Assembly: GCA_009914755.4 (NCBI GenBank)
Contig: CP086569.2
Location: forward strand, 23,776,001 to 23,840,000
DNA from: the human T2T-CHM13v2.0 reference genome, Homo sapiens
Direction of reading: 5' to 3'
DNA: 64,000 nucleotides
How positions within the stretch are numbered: the first letter of the stretch is position 1; each line of letters begins with the position of its first letter. The notes beneath the pieces were generated by a model. It did not search any database and had not been told where the DNA came from. It was given only the letters and a program-made list of their open reading frames with translations. The position numbers and the translations under genes were made by a program. Of this stretch, positions 1 to 10,077 are shown in pieces.

Positions 1-59
1 GATCCCGCCACTGCACTCCAGCCTGGGCGACAGAGCGAGACTCCGTCTCAAAAAAAAAA
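1..59 (+). mobile_element. Alu 3' terminus plus poly-A tail; the 5' part lies outside the window
   Basis: The sequence 'gccactgcactccagcctgggcgacagagcgagactccgtctcaaaaaaaaaa' is the canonical Alu right-arm end followed by an A-tail. Confidence 0.9.
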
Positions 60-734
60 GATCATCCAATAAGAAACAAGCTGCCCCCTTGTCCACGTCC
101 ACTATGTCAAGGCAATCACTGGAAGGTGCACTGCCCCAGAGTACAATGGTTCTCTGGGCCAGAAGACCCCAACCAGAGGATCCAACAACAGGACTGAGGG
201 TGCCTGGAGCAAGTGCTAGCTCATGTCGTCACCCTCACTGAGCCATGGGTATGCTTATCCATTAATGGCCAGGAAATTGGCTTCTTCCTGGACACTGATG
301 CGGTCTTCTCGGTGTTAATCTCCTGTCCTGGACGACTGTCCTCAAGATCCGTTACCATCTGAAGAATGCTGGGACAGCCTGTAACCAGGTATTTCTCCCA
401 ACTCCTCAGTTGTAATTGGGAGACTTTGCTCTTTTCACATGCCTTTCTTAATATGCCTGAAAGTCCCACACCCTTATTAGGGAGGGATATATTAGTCAAA
501 GCTGGAGCTATTATCTACATGAATATGGGGAGCAAGTTACCCATTTGTTGTCTGTGGCTTGAGGAGGGAATTAACCCTGAAGTTTGGGCATTGGAAGGAC
601 AATTTGGAAGGGCAAAATGCCTGCCCAGTCCAAATCAGGCTAAAAGATCCCACCACTTTTCCTTATCAAAGGCAATTTCCCTTAAGGCCTGAAGCTCATA
701 GAGGATTACAGGATACTGTTAAACATTTAAAATC

Positions 735-1320
735 TTGAGCCTCAGTAAGGAAATGCAGCAGTCCCTGCAGCACTCCAATTCTAGGAGACCAAAACCCAGT
801 CAGTGGAGACTAGTGCAAGATCTTAGACTCATCAGTGAGGCAGTAATTCCTCTATATCCAGTTGTACCCAACCCCTATACCCTGCTCTCTCAAATACCAG
901 AGGAAGCAGAATGGTTCACAGCTCCGGACCTCAAGGATGCCTTCTTCTGTATTCCTCTGCCTCTGACTCCCACTTTCTCTTTGCCTTTGAGGATTCCACA
1001 GATCACACGTCCCAACTTACATGGAACGTCTTGCCTCAAGTGTTTAGGGATAGCCCTCATCTGTTTGGTCAGGCACTGGCCCAAGATCTAGGCCACTTGT
1101 CATGTCCAGGGACTCTGGTCCTTCAGCTTGTGGATGATTTACTTTTGGCTACTGGTTTGGAAGCCTCATGCCAGCAGGCTAGTCTAAATCTCTTGAACTT
1201 TCTAGCTAATCAAGGGTACAAGGTGTCTAGGTCAAAGGCCAAACTTTGCCTACAGCAGGTCAAATATTTAGGCCTAATCTTAGCCAGAGGGGCCAGGGCC
1301 CTCAGCAAGGAATGAAAACA
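735..1320 (+). pseudogene. Reverse transcriptase remnant of the HERV9-like pol, with a frameshift
   Basis: ORFs 735..1091 and 911..1315 (different frames) together carry the RT motifs LKDAFF and LVDD (YxDD box). Confidence 0.75.
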
Positions 1321-1648
1321 GCCAATACTGGCTTATCCTCACCCCAAGACATTAAAACAGTTGCGGGGGTTCCTTAGAACCACCCACTTTTGCCGACTAT
1401 GGATCCCCAGATACAGCAAGATGGCCAGACCACTCTGTACGGTAATCAAGGAGACCCAAAGGGTAAATACTCATCTAGTAGAATGGGAACTAGGGGCAAA
1501 AGTACCCTTTAAAACCTTAAAGCAGGCGCTAGTACAGGCTCCCGGTTTAAGCCTTCCCACAGGACAAAACTTCTCTTTATATGTCACCAAGAGAGCAGGG
1601 ATAGCTCTTGGAGTTCTTACTTAGATTTGTGGAATAATCCCCCAACCA

Positions 1649-2400
1649 GTGGCATACCTAAGTAAGGAAATGGATGTAGTAGCAAAAGGCTGGCCTCACT
1701 GTTTATGGGTAGCTGTAGCAGTGGCTGTCTTAGTGTCAGAGGCTATCAAAATAATACAAGGAAAGGATCTCACTGTCTGGACTACTCATGATGTAAATGG
1801 CATACTAGGTGCCAAAGGAAGTTTATGGCTATCAGACAACCACTTGCTTAGATACCAGGTGCTACTCCTTGAGGCACTGGTGCTTCAAATATGTACATGC
1901 ATGGCCCTCAACCCTGCCGCTTTTCTCCCAGAGGATGGGGATCCAATCAAGCATGACTGCCAACAAATTATCGTCCAGACTTATGCCACACAAGATAATC
2001 TCTTAGAAGTCCCCTTAGGTAATCCTGACCTTAGCCTATATACTGATGGAAGTTCATTTGTGAAGAATGGGATACAAAGGGCAGGTTATGCCATAGTTAG
2101 TGATGTAACTATACTTAAAAGTAAGTGTTTTCCCCTAGAGACCAGAGCCCAGTAAGCAGAAATACTGGCACTTACCCAAGCCTTAGAACTGGGAAAGGGA
2201 AAAAGAATAAATGTGTATACAGATAGCAAGTATGCTCATCTGATCCTACATGCCCATGCTGCAATATGGAAAGAAAGGGAGTTCCTAACCTCTGGGGAAA
2301 CCCCCATTAAATGCCACAAGGAAATCATGGAGTTATTGCACACAGTGCAAAAACCCACGGAGGTGGCATGGCACTCTTACACTGCCAAAGCCATCAAAAG
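1649..2400 (+). pseudogene. RNase H-containing pol remnant; integrase is largely missing
   Basis: ORF 1649..2155 contains 'YTDGSSF'. ORF 2213..2629 begins 'MYTDSKYAHLILHAHAAIWKEREFLTSGETPIKCHKEIMELLH' (RNase H C-terminus) and then runs into GA-rich low complexity. Confidence 0.7.
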
Positions 2401-2600
2401 GGGAAGGAGAGGGGAGAACAGTAGCATAAGCAGCTGGCAGAGGCAGGGAAAGACCAGCAGAAAGGAAAAAGAGGAAGAGACAGAAAGTCAGAGGGAGAGA
2501 GAGAGAGGAAGAGACAGACAGACAAAGAGGGAGTCAGAAAGACAGAAAGAGAGAGATGAAGGAGAAGTCAAAGAGAATGAAAGAGATATGGAAATAGTAA
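2395..2600 (+). repeat. GA-rich low-complexity block, (GA)n/(GACA)n-like, occupying the position where integrase would be
   Basis: The sequence 'ggaaggagaggggagaacag...gagggagagagagagaggaagagacagacagacaaagagggagtcagaaagacagaaagagagag' translates to an artefactual R/E/K-rich peptide. Confidence 0.8.
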
Positions 2601-2639
2601 AGAAAAAACAGTATACCCTATTCCTTTAAAAGCCAGGGT

Positions 2640-3372
2640 AAATTTCTAAATATCTACCCAGCCAAGGCATATTCTTCTCCTGTGGAATGTCAAACTATAT
2701 CTGCCTCCCCACTAACTGGACAGGCACCTGCACCTTAGTCTTTCTAAGTCCCAACATTAACATTGCCCCAGGAAATCAGGCCCTATCAGTGCCCCTCAAA
2801 GCTCAAGTCCATCATTGCAGGGCCATACAACTAATACCCCTACTTATAGGGTTAGAAATGGCCACTGCTACAAGAACCAGAATAGCAGGTTTATCTACTT
2901 CATTTTCTTACCATCACACACTCTCAAAGGATTTCTCAGATAGTTTGTGAGAAATAACAAAATCTATCCTTACTCTACAATCCCAGCTAGATTCTTTACC
3001 AGCAGTGACACTCCAAAACTGCAGAGGACTAGACCACCTCACTGCTGAGAAAGGAGGACTCTGCACCTTCTTAGGGGAAGAGAGTTGTTTTTACACTAAC
3101 CAGTGAGGCATAGTACGAGATGCTGCCTGGTGTTTACAGGAAAAGGCTTCTGAAATCAGACATCTTTCAAACCCTTATACCAACCTCTGGAGTTGGGCAA
3201 CATGGCTCCTCCCCTTTCTAGCTCCCATGGCAGCCATCTTGCCATTACTTGCCTTCGGGCCCTGTATTGTTAACCTTCTTGTCAAATTTCTTTCTTCTAG
3301 AATTGAGGCTATCAACCTAGAGATGGTCTTACAAATGGAACCCCAAATGAGCTCAACTAACAGCTTCTACTG
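2640..3372 (+). pseudogene. env remnant of the HERV9-like provirus: SU C-terminus plus TM, with a frameshift and stops
   Basis: ORF 2687..2950 reads 'CLPTNWTGTCTLVF...'. Downstream in another frame are the TM immunosuppressive-domain-like '[31 protein letters not shown]', a membrane-spanning 'WLLPFLAPMAAILPLLAFGPCIVNLL', and a terminal '...SSTNSFY*' at about 3372. Confidence 0.75.
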
Positions 3373-3595
3373 AGGACCCCTGGACCAACCTCCTGGCCCT
3401 TTCCGTGGCCTAAAGAGTTCCCCTCTGGAGGACACTACAACTGCAGCATAATTCTTTGCCCCTATCTAGCAGGAAGTAGCTAGAGAGGTCATTGGCCAAT
3501 TCCCAACAGCAGTTGAGATGTCCTGTTTAGAGAAGGGATTGAGAGGTGAAGCTGGCTGGGCTTCTCAGTCAGATGGGGACTTGGAGAACTACTTT

Positions 3596-3870
3596 GTTTA
3601 GATAAAGGATTGTAAATGCACCAATCAGCACTCTGTGTCTAGCTAAAGGTTTGTAAATGCACCAATTAGTGCTCTGTGTCTAGCTAATTGGGTAGGAGAC
3701 TTGGTGAACTTTTCTGTCTAGCTAAAGGATTGTAAATGCACCAATCACGCTCTGTGTCTAGCTAAAGGTTTGTAAACACACCAATCAGCACTGGATAAAA
3801 ATGGATCAATCAGCACTCCGTAAAACAGACCAATCAGCACTCTGTGAAATGGACCACTCAGAAGGATGTG
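3596..3870 (+). promoter_or_regulatory. CCAAT-box tandem subrepeat cluster of LTR12 U3: about four ~41-bp units plus three partial 'ccaatcagcact' units
   Basis: The motif 'gcaccaatcagcactctgtgtctagctaaagg' repeats directly. LTR12 U3 repeats are known NF-Y/CCAAT promoter elements. Confidence 0.7.
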
Positions 3871-3974
3871 GGTGACACCAGATAAGAGAATAAAAGCAGG
3901 CCACCCGAGCCAGCAGCAGCAACCTGCTTTGGTTCCCTTCCATGCTGTGGAAGCTCTGCTCTTTCACTCTTTGC

Positions 3975-3980
3975 AATAAA
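3975..3980 (+). terminator. LTR12 polyadenylation signal AATAAA
   Basis: It lies in 'ctttgcaataaatcttgctgcttctcgctc', about 130 bp before the LTR end. Confidence 0.55.
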
Positions 3981-5084
3981 TCTTGCTGCTTCTCGCTCTT
4001 TGGGTCCGCACTACCTTTAGGAGCTATAACACTCACTGTGAAGGTCTGCATCTTCTTCTTGAAGACAGCAAGACCAATAACCCACTGGAAGGAATCAATT
4101 CTGGACACAATCCCAAGATCATGGTTCCCAGAAAAAGGAACACTGGATGTAGTACTCTGAGAACAAGTGGGGATAAATCTTCAACATCAGACACAAAGGC
4201 AACAGGTCCCAGCTGTTATGGGCTTTCATTACAGCAGCCCTGTCTCCATTATACACAGAACAGACTATAAAGGGGAACGAGGAGGAAATGTCACCTGCCT
4301 TATCACCTCCTCTTCCGTCAGCCCTAATATTACTGAGCCAAAATAACAAAGAAGAAACAGATATTTTACCTGAGCCTTTTTCTTCAATACGTAAGAAAAA
4401 GGACCAGGAATACCCTCCAGTTATTAGTCCCTGTCTTCAGCTGGCAGCAATAAAAGGAGAGTTATTAGCCTGCCCGGTAATGCAAAATCAGCCAAGTAAT
4501 CAGGTACATAAAGGGTTAAGAATAATCACTAAAAGCCAGAGCCACAGGGCCAGGACAAGGAAGCAGTAAGTAGAAAGAAAAACTCCACCCACACTGTGAC
4601 AGAAGCAACAAAGAGCCAAGCTGCAGCCAGAGCTAGCCTGCTGCGAGTGGAACAGAAGCACACGTGACAAATTCCACCCAGGCCACATGTGTCCCACAGC
4701 TGGGGAAGGGAGCCAGCACAGGCAAAAAATGGCACAGGCAAAAATGGCGACTTTATAAATGTAAAGCAGTCACAGCGCCGGGACCTGCCTGCTCCTTTCT
4801 CTAACTCCACAGGCTATCCAAGACAAAATCTCATGTGCTGCTTGTTTACAAGCAACATCACAGATTATAGTTCTCAGCTAAAATTTAAGTAAAATGTAAG
4901 AATTAGAAAACCTCTTTCTAATAACCTCCACTGTTGTCATCTCTCTTCCACCCTGATGAAGCTCACCAAATTCAAGTAAAACAGTAACGTTTAAAGGTTG
5001 AGACATTACAAACAACCCATGAGTTAGTTTAGAAGTAGTTAAAAGCAAACTTTGTTTTTTAACTAGTAGAAAAAAAATTCCTGA

Positions 5085-6400
5085 TTACATGATTATTCAT
5101 TTTATGGATGATATTTTACTAGCAGCCCCAACGGAGCCAATACCTTTAAATTTGTTTACCTCTGTCATAAGGAATACACAACTGAAAAGTTTAGTCACTG
5201 CACCTGAAAAAGTACCCATGTTCCCTCCTTGAAAATATCTTGGATATCTGTTAATCTCCTGGTCAGTAAGACCTCAAAAGTTTAACCTAAGTACTAACAA
5301 CTTACACACATTAAATGATTAGCAGAAATTATTGGACAATGTTACCTGGATTTCTCCCATTGTTGGAATTCCTACCAATAAACTACAAAACCTGTTCTCT
5401 ATCTTAAAGGGCAACCCAGCCCTCAATTCTCCCAGATATTTAACCCTTGCAGCAAAAAGGGAAATCAAGGAAATTGAGCAAGCCGTCTTTCAAAGGAAGC
5501 TAGATCGCATTGATCCACCGTATTCCAATCAGCTATTTATTTTTTCCACCTAACACTCCCCTACAGGGTTACTAGGACAAATGACTCCCAGGCTATGTTT
5601 CCTAGAATGGGTTTTTTGCCCCCATACCGGGACTAAAACACTGTCTCCTTATACTCAGTTAATTACTAAAGTCATCTATTCAGGTCACAAACGTTAAAAA
5701 TCAGTTGCGACATAACCGATATCATCATGATTCCTTTAAGTAAAGAGCAATTCAAAGCTTCATTATCTTTGTCAATACACCCACAAATAGTTTTATCTCA
5801 TTACACAGAGCAAATAAAGCACATCCTCCCTGCTGATAAAGTCTTTCATTTCTTATCTCATACTCCGGTAATAATGCCTACAAAAAGAGTTTACTCCCCT
5901 GTAACTAATGCTTTAACACGGTTTACTGATGGGTCCGCAAACATGGAAAAGCAGCAGTCTGGTAGAGACCATATAATTCAATCATGCAATCTGAGTTTAC
6001 TAGCAAACAGAAAGCTAAGGTTACTCTGTTTATTTATTAAAGAAGTTTTACAGCCTTAACTCTATTCTGGAGCCAGGACGGTTTACTCTTTCTCCAACTT
6101 CAGCAATTGGCTAGATCAACATACAAGTCCCATTTTTATTACACATATTTGAGCCCACAGCTTACTTCCTAGCCCATTGGCTTATGAGCAGTGATCAAGC
6201 AAACCTACAGGTTAAGCCATCACTGCTAGACCAAGCCACCCAATCGCATGAATTTTTCCATCCAAATTGAAGAAACTTATCAACTTACTCAGAGACTGGC
6301 TAAATAAATTATCCTACAATGCCCAGATTGCCAGCTCACAGGTAAGTCCCCTCCTTCAACAGGTGTTAACCCTAGGGAAACAGAACTTAACCTGCTATAG
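5085..6400 (+). pseudogene. ERVK-type pol remnant (RT, RNase H, part of integrase), with multiple stops
   Basis: ORF 5332..5553 and ORF 5727..6059 ('...TRFTDGSANMEKQQ...') are preceded by the YMDD box 'cattttatggatgatatt' at about 5100. Confidence 0.7.
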
Positions 6401-6845
6401 CAAACAGATGTTACACCCATACTTGAATTTGGAAAACTTAGATATGTACAAGTATCTATTGATACCAACACTCATTTAATTGCTGTCCAAGATCAGAGAG
6501 AAACAGAAAGGTTAAAGAGAGAAATAGAGGGGAAAAAAAAGAAAGACTAGAAAAACCAGAGGTCAAAGTCACAAAAAGTAAGACAAAGAAAAGACATAAA
6601 GAGAAAGAAATGTTAAGAAAGTTATAACCATTAGACTGCACCTTTATTAAGGAAGGTTATGAAAGAAATAAAGTTAAGGCATGTTGAAAATTGTCTGTGG
6701 AAGTCATAAAAACATTATAAAAAGAAAACTATTCAGGACATGTTGTATAATTTTGTTTTGAAAGTCTAAGCAAGTTTTAAAATGTTAATTGTTAACAAAA
6801 TTCTCTGAGTAAACATATTGACTAAAGTTAAAGATGTGTCATCCA

Positions 6846-7260
6846 ACAATCATAGACTGGATTAAGAAAATGTGGCACATACACACCATGGAATACTATG
6901 CAGCCATAAAAAATGATGAGTTCATGTCCTTTGTAGGGACATGGATGAAATTGGAAATCATCATTCTCAGTAAACTATCGCAAGAACAAAAAACCAAACA
7001 CCGCATATTCTCACTCATAGGTGGGAATTGAACAATGAGAGCACATGGACACAGGAAGGGGAACATCACACTCTGGGGCCTGTTGTGGGGTGGGGGGAGG
7101 CGGGAGGGATAGCATTGGGAGATATGCCTAATGCTAGATGATGAGTTAGTGGGTGCAGCACACCAGCATGGCACATGTATACATATGTAACTAACCGGCA
7201 CATTGTGCACATGTACCCCAAAACTTAAAGTACAATAATAAAAATAAATTAATTTAAAAA
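6846..7260 (+). mobile_element. L1 (L1PA-like) 3' end: the ORF2 C-terminus plus 3' UTR and A-rich tail, 5'-truncated
   Basis: It encodes '...IDWIKKMWHIHTMEYYAAIKNDEFMSFVGTWMKLEIIILSKLSQEQKTKHRIFSLIGGN*', the L1 ORF2 C-terminus, followed by the L1 3' UTR 'ggggtggggggaggcgggagggatagcattgggagatatgcctaatgctagatgatgag...'. It is flanked by a perfect 14-bp TSD, AGATGTGTCATCCA, at 6832-6845 and 7261-7274. Confidence 0.9.
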
Positions 7261-7923
7261 AGATGTGTCATCCAGTTTTTCTGTAAACAAGACATTAAAA
7301 GCACAAGTTTTTCTTAAAGCACTAACCTGCTCTTTAACAAAGATTATGAGAGATATCTTAGCACAGACACAATCTCTACAATTTCCAATACACAAGCACC
7401 AGCCAAGACACTGCATCCTCATCAAAGGATTAAAAGAAGAAAAAACTCGAGCCAGCCTAGGAGAGACCCTGCAAGATGATGCAGCTTTATCAGAGAAAGA
7501 TGACTCAGAAGGCTATGCAAATCCTGCTTCTTTTTTATTCTCTCACTTTGTCTACTACCTGTATCTGCCAAGCTCTATTAAGCCCATCTTGTAACCTCCT
7601 TTGTTCTACCCTAGTACTTAGACTAACACCCCCTTTCCAGCTTCTAACAACATCACTGCTTAAATAAAAGGAAATCAACATTCCCCCAGTGAGGTTCCTC
7701 ATTAATAGCACAGAGTGAACTCAGATGGCAAGTAACTCTGCAAGTCACTCTGACTGGAAGAAGTGTTGTTAATTATACTCATGATTGTTTTGTGTTATTT
7801 GCTATTTATATGATGCAAAGCTGGAATAAGATCAGTGACCACCTCACCTGACAAACCTATGACTGCACATATCTGTGCTCTGCAATCAAAAACCTGATGC
7901 AGAAAAGAACAGAGAGGAGGATT

Positions 7924-8590
7924 TTGAGATTCACTCAGGAGGATGGCAGAAATATTAAAAGAAAATAATTAGGGAAAGTTATAGGGAATAGTCACAGACT
8001 TTTGGAAGGCTGAAAGGTTGCATAGCTTGTAATAATTCAAGGGGCTGAAGGTAGTCGGTTTTAACCTTAAAGCATTTGGTCATAGGGTAAATGCTAAGGA
8101 CAATAGAGGCTTCCCCAATTAAGTTTTTTTACCCCACCTCCATTAACTAACCTTTAAGCCAGATGGTCCTTTCTGGGGAATGTCAACCAGGGAAATTGCC
8201 CCCACTGGCATTTACTTTAGACCGTGGTGCCTGAGGTTTCGTTATTCACAGAACTATTCTCTTAACCAGGTTAATTATCCACAAGTGTGTCTACTCAAAG
8301 CTTCTGTTAATAATTCTATACTAAATAAATGCCTGGAGTGCAAGTTGCTCAGGGCACAGCTGCCACTCTTTACAGGACTCCCTTTGGAGACTGTTAGTGG
8401 CCCCAGACCCTCAGCTGGACTTGAAAAGCAGAATATCTGTGTGACAGGGTACTTTATTCATCTGTCGCTCGGTCAGGGGTCTGCAAGGGACAGACTCCCT
8501 GCAGCTAATGCCCTCATGAAAAGAGTGGTGCCTCAGTTAATGGTATTAGAAATGATCTACAGGTCAATGAGAACTCTTTCAAAGAGCCAA
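7924..8590 (+). mobile_element. ERVK-type 3' LTR; the exact family was not resolved
   Basis: It begins TG ('tgagattcactcagg') immediately after the polypurine tract. A homologous LTR copy lies at 35409-35935. A possible AATAAA sits at about 8324. Confidence 0.6.
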
Positions 8591-8593
8591 TAG

Positions 8594-8629
8594 TTTTTTG
8601 TTGTTGTTGTTGTTTTTGTTTTTGTTTTG
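8594..8629. repeat. T-rich simple repeat, (TTG)n/(TTTTG)n
   Basis: The run reads 'ttttttgttgttgttgttgtttttgtttttgttttg'. Confidence 0.85.
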
Positions 8630-8674
8630 CAGAAGTAGTAAAATATTCTAAAATGTTTGAGTCAATATTTAGCT

Positions 8675-8932
8675 GTGTCACCCAGGCTGGAGTGCAATGC
8701 TATAATCATGGCTCACCATAGCCTTGACACATCAAGCTCAATTGATCCTCCCACCTCAGCTCCAGAAGTAGCTGAGACTGCAGGTGCATGCCACCATGCT
8801 CAGCAAGTTCTTGTATTTTTTGTAGATACAGGGTTTCACCATATTGCCCAGGCTGGTGTCAAACTACTGGGGTCCTGCAATCCACCTTCCTTGGCTTCCC
8901 AATGTATTGGGATCACAGGAGTAAGCCCTCAA
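8675..8932 (-). mobile_element. Alu in antisense orientation, 3'-tail-proximal end diverged
   Basis: The sequence 'gtcacccaggctggagtgcaatgc...cctcccacctcagc...gggtttcaccatattgcccaggctggtgtcaaactactgg...cttcccaatgtattgggatcacaggagtaagcc' is the reverse complement of the Alu consensus. Confidence 0.85.
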
Positions 8933-9965
8933 ATATTGCACTATAATTTATGTAAACACTCAAAAACAAACAAAACAAAAAAAGTAGCAAAACAACTTTG
9001 GAAAAAAAGAATATACTTAGATAAATACTTTTTATTTCAAAACATATTGCCAAGTTACAGTAATCAAAATAGTGTGGTGCTGGCATAAAGACAGTTAAAT
9101 CAATGTTAAGGCAAATAACAGAGGCCAGAATGAAACCCACATGCATAAAATTCAGCTTATCTTAAACAAACGTTCTAATTCCTCATGTTGCAGAACGTTC
9201 TCCTTCAGCAAAATTGGGTTCTTGTCACATGACTAGGAAAGATTAGGCTCAGGGACACTCCTGAAGGATAAAGAGTAGAGCTGATTGGGTAAAAGAAAAG
9301 AAAAAAAGAAAAACTCTCAACGAAGTGAGTGGGAGTCGTGTTTACCAGGCCCCCACTTCACGGATTGCTGAACACCAGACCATCACACAGGAACTGATGA
9401 AGCCAGGCTCCTCCTCCCTGCACAAGGGGTAAAGTTTCCATGGCCTTCCAAGCCTCCACTCCCTTCCCCCAGTTTTCAGATGGAAATTATTCAAAGAGAA
9501 TCTGTTGGAAAAAGGCAGGCTTCATCTAGCACAAGCACTCGATTTTTCAGCCTTCAGGCTGTTTTAGGCTTGAAGATGGGGTTTTGTCCAAGACACTTGG
9601 CTGTTTTCTAACTCTGTTATTTTCCACTGTCAATAAGTATATCTAACTGCTGTTAGAATAAGGATAAAGATGAGGACAAAAACCACTTTTAAGTGCTTCC
9701 TGATGACAGGGGGCACTGTTGTGAAATAAATGGCAGTCAGTTATTCCTTAGAGGCCTAAGTGTCTCCAGTGAAAGGGGCCATTGTCTCAGCCTATGGTAG
9801 TGTGACTGTTTGAAGTTTGATAGCCTGAAGGTGAGGAGAATCAAACTGTGTTACTAAAAAGCACGTATTAAAATGAACCAAGGGAAATGTGGAAGAGACA
9901 GCTCAAAAAAAATCCAGGGTTTTCACCAGTTTGCATAGGTAGAGGGAGGCCAAAAGCCCAACAGG

Positions 9966-9998
9966 AAAAAATAAAAGAAAGAAAGAAAAAGAAAAGGA

Positions 9999-10074
<76 letters not shown>

Positions 10075-10077
10075 AAA
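9966..10077 (+). repeat. (GAAA)n tetranucleotide microsatellite, about 25 units with a long pure run at 10001-10075
   Basis: Direct 'gaaagaaagaaag...' run. ORFs 9887..10240 and 9868..10134 are its translation artefacts. Confidence 0.95.

Larger units (their letters stand above)
60..3440 (+). mobile_element. HERV9-like (class I, ERV1) proviral internal region carrying degenerate pro-pol-env; the 5' part lies outside the window
   Basis: A protease-like 'FLDTDAVFSVL' (degenerate DTGA) lies at about 285-330. RT motifs 'PDLKDAFFCIPL' (~925-960) and 'LQLVDDLLLA' (~1125-1150) are present. RNase H 'YTDGSSFVKNGIQRAGYA' lies at about 2040-2095. The env TM carries '[28 protein letters not shown]' at about 3000-3090. 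All reading frames are interrupted by stops and frameshifts. The region is contiguous with an LTR12-type LTR. Confidence 0.8.
3440..4107 (+). mobile_element. LTR12-type (HERV9) 3' LTR
   Basis: It has tandem ~41-bp subrepeats containing 'ccaatcagcactctgtgtctagctaaagg', the hallmark of LTR12. Its 3' end 'cactcactgtgaaggtctgcatcttcttcttgaagacagcaagaccaataacccactggaaggaatcaattctggacaca' matches my memory of the LTR12 consensus terminus. The 5' boundary is approximate. Confidence 0.8.
4108..7923 (+). mobile_element. Betaretrovirus-like (class II, ERVK-type) proviral internal remnant carrying an L1 insertion; the 4108-5040 part is assigned only by contiguity
   Basis: The pol core at 5085-6400 carries RT 'MIIHFMDDILLA' and 'KYLGYLL', RNase H 'RFTDGSANMEKQQSG' (~5925), and an integrase-region 'CQICQLTGK' (~6300). 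A polypurine tract 'gcagaaaagaacagagaggagga' (~7895-7917) lies immediately before the 3' LTR. The region is heavily deleted, and no recognisable gag or env was found. Confidence 0.6.

Noticed and set aside
4108-5040. A possible ERVK gag/pro remnant between the LTR12 end and the ERVK RT
   Set aside because: I found no recognisable gag motifs (major homology region or zinc knuckles) and no protease DTGA motif. It is included only as part of the ERVK internal feature, by contiguity and at low confidence.
8180-9088. ORFs 8180..8593 and 8657..9088 (137 aa and 143 aa)
   Set aside because: The first lies entirely within the ERVK LTR. The second spans the antisense Alu ('...SAPEVAETAGACHHAQQV...' is the classic Alu-antisense peptide). 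They are non-coding.
9180-9560. A segment with an LTR- or MER-like feel: 'ggttcttgtcacatgactaggaaagattaggctcagggacactcctgaagg...', 'tgtttaccaggcccccacttcacgg'
   Set aside because: I could not match it to any repeat consensus I know, and it has no terminal repeats or TSDs. I left it unannotated rather than guess.
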